Shown: positions 1 to 7,257, numbered from the stretch's first letter. The stretch is 24,000 nt of DNA from Geoglobus acetivorans (GCF_039641995.1 NZ_CP087714.1:1654328-1678327); one strand, 5' to 3'. Numbers and translations are program-made. Notes: generated by a model from the sequence alone, not told the origin.

Positions 1-2
1 GG

Positions 3-476
3 TATTACCACTCCAGAAGAGAGATCCAGATCAGCAAGCATTATGGCGAGAAGGAGAGAACGTTCATGCACGAGTACGGACACCATCTCGATCACACGCT
101 CTATCTCGATGAAACGAGGAAGTTCTTTATTGCGAGGGTAAAAAAGCACGGATACAGGCTCGAAATGCTGAGAAAGCACGAGCAGTACAGCCACCTCGGT
201 TTCGATATTTTCCACTTCGACGGATTCGACCACATAGACCCGTATGCTGGTAGAGTCTACCTCGGAACGTATGTGGACGAGCATTATAAAAGACTCAGGA
301 AGCTCATCGATAACCCCAAACTCATCGAAACCGATCCAGACATAAGAAACAGCTTTCACACCGAGCTTTTGAGTGTTGGAATGGAATATTTCACGAGGGA
401 GGAGCTGATGAAAGAGCTGTGGGAGAAGGACAGGGAGCTTTTCGGTTTCATTCTGTCTCTGCTTAGGGGAAAGTGA
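3..476 (+). CDS. HExxH-motif protein (putative Zn metallopeptidase-like), probably 5'-truncated by the window edge
   Basis: The frame is open from position 3 with no stop before the ATG at 66. The motif HEYGHHLDH (HExxH) sits immediately after that Met, so the domain probably begins upstream. Located upstream of the prohead protease. Confidence 0.5.
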   Translation, partial: YYHSRREIQISKHYGEKERTFMHEYGHHLDHTLYLDETRKFFIARVKKHGYRLEMLRKHEQYSHLGFDIFHFDGFDHIDPYAGRVYLGTYVDEHYKRLRKLIDNPKLIETDPDIRNSFHTELLSVGMEYFTREELMKELWEKDRELFGFILSLLRGK

Positions 477-501
477 TATATGGGTTGGAGGCTGAAATAG
501 A

Positions 502-825
502 ATGATGGAATGGAAAATCGTGTTGAAGCACGAGAACGGGATTGACAGGGTTGAAATCGTGGGGATTGGAGAAGATCCTCACAGGCCAGTTGACATAATC
601 ACAACTTCCAGGGGACCGTTTGGTAAAAAGACTCTTGAAAAGATCCTCGAAGGAGTCAGGAGGGGGGTTCCGGTTATAATCCCTGCGTTCTCTGATAGGG
701 ATCTCTACGCTTATGCCTATCACGCTGGTAGGATTGCAGATGAAGACCCGAGATGGAATTACGAGTCGAACCTGCCTGAGATAACTGTTCCAGAAGAAGA
801 GGATGGAGAGTTGTTGATTATTTAG
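502..825 (+). CDS. hypothetical viral protein (107 aa)
   Basis: ORF with a GGAGG about 10 nt upstream of the ATG and composition like neighbouring viral genes. No motif recognised. Confidence 0.55.
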   Translation: MMEWKIVLKHENGIDRVEIVGIGEDPHRPVDIITTSRGPFGKKTLEKILEGVRRGVPVIIPAFSDRDLYAYAYHAGRIADEDPRWNYESNLPEITVPEEEDGELLII

Positions 826-828
826 TGC

Positions 829-1155
829 CTAAAGATTGTTTTTAGATTGTTTCGATGAGTGGCCCACTAAGATCCACACTACGATCCAACACATGAATGC
901 GGATGTTAGAATTAAAATGGGTGACGAATTCTGACCAGAGGCTAAAGCCACAAATGAAGTATTTATTGCTACAGCAATCGCTGCACGTGTGTAATATGAC
1001 TGTTCATGGAAGTATTCATAATGAAAACCATATCGGATCTCTGTTGGTGGTTGGTATCGTTTTATTTTAATCAAGAGGTATAGCACACTTCCGCTGTAAA
1101 ATATATAGAAAACAGCTAAAGCTGGTCCGGATAATTGATTTAATAACTGATCCAT
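829..1155 (-). CDS. small membrane protein (about 3 TM helices), low-GC antisense moron
   Basis: Hydrophobic segments ALAVFYIFYSGSVLYLLI, AAIAVAINTSFVALA and ILILTSAFMCWIVVWILV in a visibly AT-rich tract. I prefer the internal ATG (complement of 1153-1155) because the track's N-terminus (to 1206) runs through the TATA element at 1174-1185. Confidence 0.5.
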   Translation of the reverse strand: MDQLLNQLSGPALAVFYIFYSGSVLYLLIKIKRYQPPTEIRYGFHYEYFHEQSYYTRAAIAVAINTSFVALASGQNSSPILILTSAFMCWIVVWILVGHSSKQSKNNL

Positions 1156-1173
1156 ACTCAAATAACATTCCAA

Positions 1174-1185
1174 TTTTTTAAAGTC
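1174..1185. promoter_or_regulatory. TATA-like element TTTTTTAAAGTC, probably bidirectional
   Basis: 19 nt separate the motif from the ATG at 1205 (+). On the other strand TTTAAAAAA lies 18 nt upstream of the ATG at 1155 (-). Confidence 0.55.
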
Positions 1186-1204
1186 TTTTTTCTTTGGAGG
1201 AAAC

Positions 1205-2563
1205 ATGGAACTACTGATAGTAAAGAGCCTTCAGGTCAGCGACAGCGAGAAGAATGTTTACGTTGAGGGCTACGCTTCAGCAGCGGTCAAGGATCTCGAC
1301 GACGAGATCATCACTGAAGAAGCACTGAAAACTGCAGCTGAGGAGCTGAAGCAGGAACCGTACAACAAGGTCTTCGTCAACCACAAGTACGACGACATCC
1401 CGATCGGAAAGATTGTAGATGCTGCGGTTAAGACTGTCGACGGAGTCAGAAAGCTCTGGATCAAGGTCGTGCTCAACAAAGCTCATCCGATGTTCGAAAC
1501 CGTTTACAGGTCCCTCAAGGACGGTTTCCTCGATGCGTTCTCGATAGGCTTCAAGGCCCTTGAGAGAGCTGGAAACAAAATCAAGAGGTTGAAGATTCTC
1601 GAGGTGAGCCTCGTTGGCATTCCTGCCAATCCTGAAGCTGTTGTAGACACAGTTTACGAGAAGATGTTTAGGCCTTGTGAGGACGACATTCTCGTCAAGG
1701 GAGTAGTTCCTGGGCATCCGTGGAAGTACGGCAAAGATTCTCAGAACTCATGGAAGAAGCCATCTCTGAGCGACTTCACGGACAAGAGCTGGGACGAGCT
1801 TAGCGATTCTGAAAAAAGAAGCATAGCAGGACACTTTGCCTGGTCTCCGAAGAATCCTCCAGAGAAGTTCACGGACCTCAAACTACCTCACCACGACCCT
1901 AAAACTCACGCTGTTGTCTGGAGGGGTGTTGTTGCGGCGATGGCGGCCCTGATGGGTGCGAGAGGTGGGATTGACATCCCGAGCGAGGACAGGAAGAAGG
2001 TGTACGATCACCTTGCAGCACACTATAAAGAATTCGGCAACGAACCTCCGGAGTTCAGGTTCCTCGAGGAGTTCACGGCAAAGCTGGTTGAAGCTACTGG
2101 TGAGACCGATTACGGCCTTCCAGACTCGACGAACTCGACAGATCCACAGCCTCATTTAAAAAGTCCGAATTCAAAAGCGGCGAACATGAGTGAAGAGATA
2201 GAGAAGAAAGTGGAAGAACTGACAGCAGAGATCGAGCGACTCAAGGCAGAGAACGAGGAACTCAGGAAGAGACTCGCAGAGTACGAGGAAAAAGAGAAGG
2301 TAGCGATCATCGAGAAGATCAAGAGGGTTGCGGCCATCACCAAAGCCGAAGTAAATGAGGAGGAGCTGAAGAAGGCGAATGTCATCGAACTCAAGCTCGT
2401 TTACGCTGATCTCGCTGACAGAGTCATTTCTCACAAGACCGCCGAGAAGGTCAAGACTCCTGTCGACAATTCTGAGGGTTTCATTGAAACAAAGTGGGGC
2501 AGGGCTGACGCCCGGAAGGTTGCGGAGCTGAGGAAGATGCTCGGAATTGAGGGGGAGGTGTGA
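1205..2563 (+). CDS. prohead (capsid maturation) protease, HK97/S78 family, fused to a C-terminal coiled-coil scaffolding domain
   Basis: The N-terminal ~150 aa carry S78-like motifs (VNHKYDDIPIGK, DAFSIGF, ILEVSLVGIPANPEA). The C-terminus is a charged heptad-rich coiled coil (EEIEKKVEELTAEIERLKAENEELRKRLAEYEEKEK). The gene sits directly upstream of the decoration protein and MCP genes. Confidence 0.85.
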   Translation: MELLIVKSLQVSDSEKNVYVEGYASAAVKDLDDEIITEEALKTAAEELKQEPYNKVFVNHKYDDIPIGKIVDAAVKTVDGVRKLWIKVVLNKAHPMFETVYRSLKDGFLDAFSIGFKALERAGNKIKRLKILEVSLVGIPANPEAVVDTVYEKMFRPCEDDILVKGVVPGHPWKYGKDSQNSWKKPSLSDFTDKSWDELSDSEKRSIAGHFAWSPKNPPEKFTDLKLPHHDPKTHAVVWRGVVAAMAALMGARGGIDIPSEDRKKVYDHLAAHYKEFGNEPPEFRFLEEFTAKLVEATGETDYGLPDSTNSTDPQPHLKSPNSKAANMSEEIEKKVEELTAEIERLKAENEELRKRLAEYEEKEKVAIIEKIKRVAAITKAEVNEEELKKANVIELKLVYADLADRVISHKTAEKVKTPVDNSEGFIETKWGRADARKVAELRKMLGIEGEV

Positions 2564-2567
2564 GTAG

Positions 2568-2936
2568 ATGGTTCTGGTGTATGTTGAGGGGAGGTCCATC
2601 AAGGCAACTGCAGGAGCTGCGATAACCGCAGGACAGCTCGTCGAACTCACTGGCGACGAGACGGTTTCTCCGGCTTCGGCCGGATCGACCAAGGTACTCG
2701 GAGTTGCGATGAAGGATGCTGCTGCGGGTGAGCTTGTTACTGTCATCACTGAGGGCGTTGTTGAGGTGACCGCTGCAGGAGCAATAACAGCAGGTGCGAG
2801 AGTTCAGGCCGCTGCAAACGGTCAGGTGGATGCGTGGAGTGCGGCTGCGGCTGGAGATTCAGCGAAGATCGTCGGACTCGCAATCACCTCTGCGGCTGCG
2901 GCAGGAGATAGCATAAAAATAAAGCTGGAGGTGTGA
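2568..2936 (+). CDS. DUF2190-like small Ala/Gly-rich head (decoration) protein
   Basis: 122 aa with repeated AGAAITAGxxV / GVAxxDAAAGELVTV / AAAAGDSIKIKL pattern, typical of DUF2190 proteins encoded between protease and MCP in HK97-like phages. Confidence 0.7.
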   Translation: MVLVYVEGRSIKATAGAAITAGQLVELTGDETVSPASAGSTKVLGVAMKDAAAGELVTVITEGVVEVTAAGAITAGARVQAAANGQVDAWSAAAAGDSAKIVGLAITSAAAAGDSIKIKLEV

Positions 2937-2940
2937 TGAG

Positions 2941-3738
2941 ATGACGGTCATAACTTCGGACGTTCTGCCGGCCGAGCTTCTGCAGGCGATAAGCGATGTC
3001 GTTGTTGTGCAGGCAAGAGCGACGAGAGTTGGAAGGAACCTTGTGCAGACCGAGAAAGTCGACAGGGGAACGCAGGTCTACAAGTACAGGAAGTTCACGG
3101 GATTCAGCGATGTCCAGGAGATCCCCGAGGGTGCGGAGTTCCCGCTCGAGGGCGTGACATACACTGAAGCAACCGCATCGATCAAGAAGATCGGTAAGGG
3201 GTTCTTCATAACCAGGGAGGAGTACCTCGGAAACAAGATTCACAGCATCGGACAGCTTGCGAGAGATGCTGCAGAGGTCGTTGCCCTCAAGGAGGACGAA
3301 ATGATCATCAACGAGTTCGTGAACAACGCAGGCAAGACCCAGGCTGCGGCTGCAGCATGGAGTTCTACTGGTAACCCCTACGACGATGTTTCTGCCGCAC
3401 TTGCCAAGCTTGAAGAGGTCAACGTGAAGCCCGACATGCTCGTGCTGCACCCGTACGAGGTGGCGGACCTCAGAAAAATCGATGCCAACGCCAAAATGTC
3501 CTACGCTCAGCTCATCGAGGGTCTTGGGCTTAAGGTCATCGCAACTCCAAAGCTTTCGACCGGCACAGGTCTGCTCCTCGACAGCAAGAGAGCCGGGGTT
3601 CTTGTGATTGCCGAGGACATAACGATTGAGGGGCCAGAATACAGGCAGGAGAACCAGAGCTACCTCGTCAACGTCTTCGAGAGAATCGTTCCCGTGGTCA
3701 GGTATCCGGATGCAGTCTGCAAGCTGACGGGAATCTAA
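2941..3738 (+). CDS. major capsid protein, HK97 fold
   Basis: 265 aa in the canonical position after protease/scaffold and DUF2190. Sequence character is typical of small HK97-like MCPs (…ASIKKIGKGFFITREE…, …LVLHPYEVADLRK…). Confidence 0.8.
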   Translation: MTVITSDVLPAELLQAISDVVVVQARATRVGRNLVQTEKVDRGTQVYKYRKFTGFSDVQEIPEGAEFPLEGVTYTEATASIKKIGKGFFITREEYLGNKIHSIGQLARDAAEVVALKEDEMIINEFVNNAGKTQAAAAAWSSTGNPYDDVSAALAKLEEVNVKPDMLVLHPYEVADLRKIDANAKMSYAQLIEGLGLKVIATPKLSTGTGLLLDSKRAGVLVIAEDITIEGPEYRQENQSYLVNVFERIVPVVRYPDAVCKLTGI

Positions 3739-3766
3739 CCCCATTATTTTTTATCAGGGGTCAGAA

Positions 3767-4000
3767 ATGACAGCGTTTGACAGAGATGCTGTGCAGTTAC
3801 TCGGAGAGCTTAACGGTAAAGTGGACAGAATACTGTGCGAACTCCAGAAAATCAGCGACAAGCAGAAAGATCACGAAGATAGGCTCGATAACCACGACAG
3901 GGTGATCGAGCGGCACAGCACATATTTCAGAGTCGTAGGCTTCGTCGTGTCGATCATCGTTGCTGCTCTCGGAGCGATAGTCTCATTCTTCAAATCCTGA
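3767..4000 (+). CDS. small coiled-coil protein with C-terminal TM anchor (XhlA-like architecture)
   Basis: 77 aa with an N-terminal charged helical region and the C-terminal hydrophobic segment VVGFVVSIIVAALGAIVSFF. Confidence 0.5.
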   Translation: MTAFDRDAVQLLGELNGKVDRILCELQKISDKQKDHEDRLDNHDRVIERHSTYFRVVGFVVSIIVAALGAIVSFFKS

Positions 4001-4011
4001 TTTTTAAAGTC
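4001..4011 (+). promoter_or_regulatory. viral promoter motif TTTTTAAAGTC
   Basis: Same motif as at 1174, 8967 and 12386. 19 nt to the ATG at 4031. Flanking T5/T6 runs could also terminate the upstream operon. Confidence 0.55.
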
Positions 4012-4030
4012 CGTTTTTTCAGCCCTTGAC

Positions 4031-4237
4031 ATGAAAGTCAGAAACGTGTCGAACTCTGTTGTGTATGTAGCCGACAAGACTATCGAGCCAGGCAAGACTG
4101 CAGAGCTTAGCAAGGAAGAAATGGCAATGTCCGGTGTCAAGGCCCTCATCGAGAGTGGAGAGCTTGAGATCGTTGAAGAGAAAACTGAAGAGAAGAAGAG
4201 GGAGAAGAAAGCACAGAAAAAGAAGAGTGAGCCATGA
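4031..4237 (+). CDS. small protein with Lys/Glu-rich tail (68 aa), unknown function
   Basis: ORF is preceded by the promoter motif and overlaps the next gene by ATGA. Weak similarity to the 56-aa ORF at 9500-9670. Confidence 0.55.
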   Translation: MKVRNVSNSVVYVADKTIEPGKTAELSKEEMAMSGVKALIESGELEIVEEKTEEKKREKKAQKKKSEP

Positions 4238-4614
4238 TCACGGTTGCCGAGGTCAGAACCCTGCTCGGAGATGCTTACTCGACCAAACCTGACGACCCAA
4301 CAATACAGAACTTCATCGATCGAAGAAAAGAGGAGTTACAGGACCTGATAGGAACAGATCCAGCTTCTGCATCTTACCAGAGCCTTCTGAAGAGGTGGCT
4401 GCTCAACAAAGTCTGCTGCGATGTTCTTGCAAATGATCTGCTCGGAGTGGACTCAGCAGATGTTCTCGAATACAGCATAGGTGATCTCAAGGAAAGCAAG
4501 AGCCAGAATGTAAAGCTGAAGCTCGCATGGTTTGAAACTTTCAAGGAATCTGCAGAACTTGCATTGAACACTTACTTTCTCAAAACACGAAGTTACAAAG
4601 CGGTCAAACTGTAG
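4234..4614 (+). CDS. head-tail adaptor / connector protein (gp6/gp15-like)
   Basis: 126 aa. The N-terminus ITVAEVRTLLGD…DDPTIQNFI resembles the gp6-like head-tail connector family. Position after the MCP block fits. Confidence 0.55.
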   Translation: MITVAEVRTLLGDAYSTKPDDPTIQNFIDRRKEELQDLIGTDPASASYQSLLKRWLLNKVCCDVLANDLLGVDSADVLEYSIGDLKESKSQNVKLKLAWFETFKESAELALNTYFLKTRSYKAVKL

Positions 4615-4759
4615 AAAGACATAAGTTATCATATCTACAGAAATCCCTGCGTGGACAGGGGAAGAAAGCTGATACGGCAACTGAAACACCTTATTGAAGA
4701 CCATTTCCCCGAGCTTGAGGTCGAGTATTCGAGAGATTCTATCCTGATAAGGGTCAAAA

Positions 4760-5251
4760 ATGGCGACTCAGGAAGAGGTTCTGCAGGCTATTGTTGAGAA
4801 CAATGGGGCGGTATCGTTCAAGCAGCTCAAAGAGAGGTTCGGGATAGGCAAGTCTGGCTCTTCTTGGCTTCCTCAGCGTTTGAGAAGTCTTGAAAACAAA
4901 AAGCTGATCTACAGACTGAGAATAGGGAATGAGACTTTCTTCATTGCAGATCCGGATCTGCTCGAATTTGAATCCCGTGGAAGGCCTGCAGGGTCGATCA
5001 GGATCAATGCGTGCATGGAGCGCAAACTCTTGAAGGTTCTCAGAGAGAGAAAGATACTGACGAAGTGGCAGCTGAGAGTGGCCCTCGGATGGGATGATAA
5101 GACTTTCAGCAAGTACCTCAAATCTCTTCTCGAAAAAAACATGGTCATCGAATGGCACACGGGGACGGTAACGCTCTATTTCACACCTGACACGCTGAAT
5201 GACATAATCAACCTGTACTACGAAAAGCTCTACAGTAATTTTCAATGCTGA
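4760..5251 (+). CDS. tandem winged-helix (wHTH) DNA-binding protein
   Basis: Two MarR-like wHTH-looking units (EEVLQAIVENNGAVSFKQLKERFGI…LRSLENKKLIYR and ERKLLKVLRERKILTKWQLRVALGWDDKTFSKYLKSLLEKNMV). Non-structural gene interrupting the connector module. Confidence 0.6.
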   Translation: MATQEEVLQAIVENNGAVSFKQLKERFGIGKSGSSWLPQRLRSLENKKLIYRLRIGNETFFIADPDLLEFESRGRPAGSIRINACMERKLLKVLRERKILTKWQLRVALGWDDKTFSKYLKSLLEKNMVIEWHTGTVTLYFTPDTLNDIINLYYEKLYSNFQC

Positions 5252-5254
5252 CAT

Positions 5255-5440
5255 CAGCATTAAACTGAGTCTTTTAGACAGCCTAAAACTCAGCTAAACT
5301 TGACCGTTTTGTGAACTACTCCGCCCTTACGGACGGAGCTTCCCGCTTCATCGAGAGAACTTGCCCCTCGATCACCTTCCGATATGGAATCACGAGGGAT
5401 AGAGACTCTCTCTCCACGGGCGTTCGGGACCGTCCCAGCC
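5255..5440 (-). ncRNA. candidate TnpB guide RNA (omega-RNA / reRNA) scaffold overlapping the tnpB 3' end
   Basis: On the - strand: GGGAC-G-GTCCC (5426-5436); ATCGAG…CTCGAT (5350-5372); an 8-bp stem with GUAA tetraloop and one U-G wobble, CTCCGTCC-GTAA-GGGCGGAG (5319-5338), spanning the last tnpB codons; and the extended hairpin CTGAGTTTTAG-GCTGT-CTAAAAGACTCAG (5265-5293). The exact ends and the guide are not determinable by eye. Confidence 0.35.
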
Positions 5441-6530
5441 CCACATCCAGTATGTTCAGGGAGGCGTTGTAATCTCTGTCAGCCTCCCATCCACAATTAG
5501 GACAGGCGAACGATCTATCTTTCAGGGATATGTTTTTAACAATGTAGCCACAGTTGGCACATCTTTTTGACGTATTTGTAGGATTAACTCTCACCACTCG
5601 CCTACCAGCTCTTTCAGCCTTGTAGACGAGCAGTGTATGGAATTTAGTCCATGCGGAATCGTGAATGTGCCTGTTCAGTGTTGGAGAGTTTCCATTTTCA
5701 ACCAAATCTTTCACATTCAGATCTTCAACGCAGATTATGTCATAGTTGTTGACATAATAACGAGACAACTTGTGCAAGAAATCCAGCCGCTGGTTGTTCA
5801 GCTTCTCGTAGAGTTTTGCCAGCTTGAGTCTGGCTTTCTCTCGCCTCTTCGACCCCTTCTGCTTTCTCGACAACTCTTTTTGAACCCTCTTTATCTTCTC
5901 AAGAGTTTTGTCAATGAATTTCGGATTCTCGAAAGCTATACCATCTGAATCTACGCAGAAGTGATTCACTCCCATGTCTAAACCAACTACTCTTCCCGTT
6001 TTTGGCAGTGATTTCGATTCTACTTCTGTTTGAACTATGGCGAACCACTTTTCGGTTTTAGTTTTCTTGACGATTACACCCTTGATTCTACCTTCAATCG
6101 GACGATGAAGCTTTATCGGAATTTCACCAATCTTGGATAGAACAAGCTTCTTTCTCTCAAAGTCAATCTTGAAACCTGACTGGTTGAAGTTTAGGGTTTT
6201 GAAAGAATTGGGAGAAGTCTTATAGCGAAGCCACCCAACTTTCTTCCCCTTCTTTCTCAGCTCGTTTAACGCTTTGATGTTTGACCAGAGCTGATAATTC
6301 ACCATCTGCAAAACTTTTGAGTAAACGTTCTTTAGCTCTGGTTTTTCTTGCTTAAGCCTCACGATAAGGGCTTGGGTATCTTTCCAACATATCTTTCTAC
6401 CCTCTTTTCTTGCCTTGTTTACTTCTTCAAGCAGCTTATTGTATAACCAGCGACATATCTCAAGCTGTTCATTTAGTTTTGCTTCAGATGTCTTCAAAGG
6501 ATAGATGCGGAATTTGTAGCTAATCAGCAT
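5316..6530 (-). CDS. tnpB: TnpB (IS200/IS605-family OrfB) RNA-guided RuvC nuclease, apparently intact
   Basis: 404 aa. N-terminus YKFRIYP, RuvC-I GLDMGV, RuvC-II ICVEDLNV, zinc finger CANCGY…CPNCGW, RuvC-III ADRDYNASLNI. No tnpA nearby. Confidence 0.9.
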   Translation of the reverse strand: MLISYKFRIYPLKTSEAKLNEQLEICRWLYNKLLEEVNKARKEGRKICWKDTQALIVRLKQEKPELKNVYSKVLQMVNYQLWSNIKALNELRKKGKKVGWLRYKTSPNSFKTLNFNQSGFKIDFERKKLVLSKIGEIPIKLHRPIEGRIKGVIVKKTKTEKWFAIVQTEVESKSLPKTGRVVGLDMGVNHFCVDSDGIAFENPKFIDKTLEKIKRVQKELSRKQKGSKRREKARLKLAKLYEKLNNQRLDFLHKLSRYYVNNYDIICVEDLNVKDLVENGNSPTLNRHIHDSAWTKFHTLLVYKAERAGRRVVRVNPTNTSKRCANCGYIVKNISLKDRSFACPNCGWEADRDYNASLNILDVGLGRSRTPVERESLSLVIPYRKVIEGQVLSMKREAPSVRAE

Positions 6531-6546
6531 CTTTTACACCAAAAAA

Positions 6547-6807
6547 TCATAAATTGTACTTTCTCTTGAACTTCTGAGCTCTCAGCGGAGCCATGTGTAT
6601 CATATCATCCAATCTGCCATAAATGTAGGACTCAACAGACTCAGTGATAACCTCTCCGATAAATCCATCTAATTTCTCCTCATCATAGCCTACCCACTTC
6701 CCATATTCTCTCAAGAACTCAACAAACCTCTTAGGCAGGGGTATTGACACCCTGACGAACTCCTCCCCCTCAATTATCACAGTCTGCTCCTCTTTCATCT
6801 CAATCAC
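6547..6807 (-). CDS. 86-aa cassette protein, possibly ribbon-helix-helix-like (copy 1)
   Basis: FVRVSIPLPKRFVEFLREYGKWVG looks like an RHH beta-strand plus helix. 85/86 aa are identical to 11674-11934. Its stop is 16 nt upstream of the tnpB ATG on the same strand, in an operon arrangement. Confidence 0.6.
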   Translation of the reverse strand: MIEMKEEQTVIIEGEEFVRVSIPLPKRFVEFLREYGKWVGYDEEKLDGFIGEVITESVESYIYGRLDDMIHMAPLRAQKFKRKYNL

Positions 6808-6818
6808 CTCCGAAAATT

Positions 6819-7013
6819 TTAGGAAAAAGCCTCGAGGACAGTTTGTCTTATTACAACCCTCTCCATTCCACCCTCAAAAACCAGCCAGCCCTTCTTAACC
6901 GGGAAGCTCTTAGAGAAGTCAAGTCGGGTCATTTTTGTTCCGCAAAGTGGACAAAGACCGCCGTTAACTCCCCAACCTTCATATCCGCATTTTGGACACA
7001 CCAACTCGGACAT
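6819..7013 (-). CDS. small Zn-ribbon protein (copy 1)
   Basis: CPKCG…x11…CPLCG zinc ribbon followed by a conserved C-terminal half (DFSKSFPVKKGWLVFEGGMERVVIRQTVLEAFS). I place the start at the ATG (complement of 7011-7013), which is preceded by GAGGTG; the track begins at a GTG at 7022. Confidence 0.6.
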   Translation of the reverse strand: MSELVCPKCGYEGWGVNGGLCPLCGTKMTRLDFSKSFPVKKGWLVFEGGMERVVIRQTVLEAFS

Positions 7014-7034
7014 TTTGGACACCTCTACTTTGTA

Positions 7035-7084
7035 GCTACATTGTAATTACATCAAAAGTTATTTAAACTTTTCGCTACATTGTA
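7035..7084. promoter_or_regulatory. divergent promoter of cassette 1 with two 11-nt direct repeats (putative operators) flanking a TATA box
   Basis: GCTACATTGTA at 7035-7045 and 7074-7084 (39 nt start to start) flank TTATTTAAAC (7059-7068). The palindromes GTAGCTAC and TGTAATTACA are also present. Confidence 0.5.
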
Positions 7085-7090
7085 GATACA

Positions 7091-7234
7091 ATGAAGCCCG
7101 CAAAAATAACTGTAGAAGGGTATGAAGTAATTGAGAAGGTCGTAAAAGATGCTGGGAATTCAGGTAGAGTCTATGTTCCAAAGTCTTGGGTTGGAAAGAG
7201 GGTTAAAATAATCTTGCTGGAGCCAAATGAATAA
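7091..7234 (+). CDS. DUF2080-like (AbrB/SpoVT-type) transposase-associated small protein (copy 1), 47 aa
   Basis: Below the ORF-track size cutoff; read directly from the sequence as MKPAKITVEGYEVIEKVVKDAGNSGRVYVPKSWVGKRVKIILLEPNE. The GNSGRVYVPKxWxGKxVK motif matches my memory of the archaeal DUF2080 family that accompanies tnpB. Confidence 0.6.
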   Translation: MKPAKITVEGYEVIEKVVKDAGNSGRVYVPKSWVGKRVKIILLEPNE

Positions 7235-7257
7235 AAGTGGAATCATCTGGAATTTTA

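Noticed and set aside
2171-3744. Long - strand ORFs (2171-2749 and 2884-3744) opposite the scaffold, decoration and capsid genes
   Set aside because: They are shadow ORFs of GC-rich, strongly supported + strand genes. Their translations are low-complexity, Ser/Leu/Arg/Pro-rich and motif-free.
4617-4629. Similar 13-mers just after the stop codons of the genes preceding each insertion: AGACATAAGTTAT at 4617 versus AGAGATAATTAAT at 10598 (10/13 identical), as a possible shared element end or target
   Set aside because: The match is short, AT-rich and imperfect. The second overlaps the LAGLIDADG stop codon. It cannot be distinguished from chance without more copies.
4754-5260. 168-aa - strand ORF exactly opposite the wHTH gene
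   Set aside because: The + strand product has clear tandem wHTH features and the - strand product has none. Only one of the two can plausibly be real.
5244-5261. Perfect 18-bp palindrome AATGCTGACATCAGCATT between the convergent wHTH and tnpB genes, as a terminator
   Set aside because: Archaeal termination relies mainly on oligo-T tracts and none follows directly. It is kept only as context for the possible omega-RNA guide/RE boundary.
7223-7250. Imperfect hairpin CCAAATGA…TCATCTGG after the DUF2080 gene as an IS200/IS605-type subterminal (LE) hairpin
   Set aside because: One mismatch in copy 1 and two in copy 2, no flanking conserved tetranucleotide could be established, and no tnpA is present. 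This is not enough to call IS ends.
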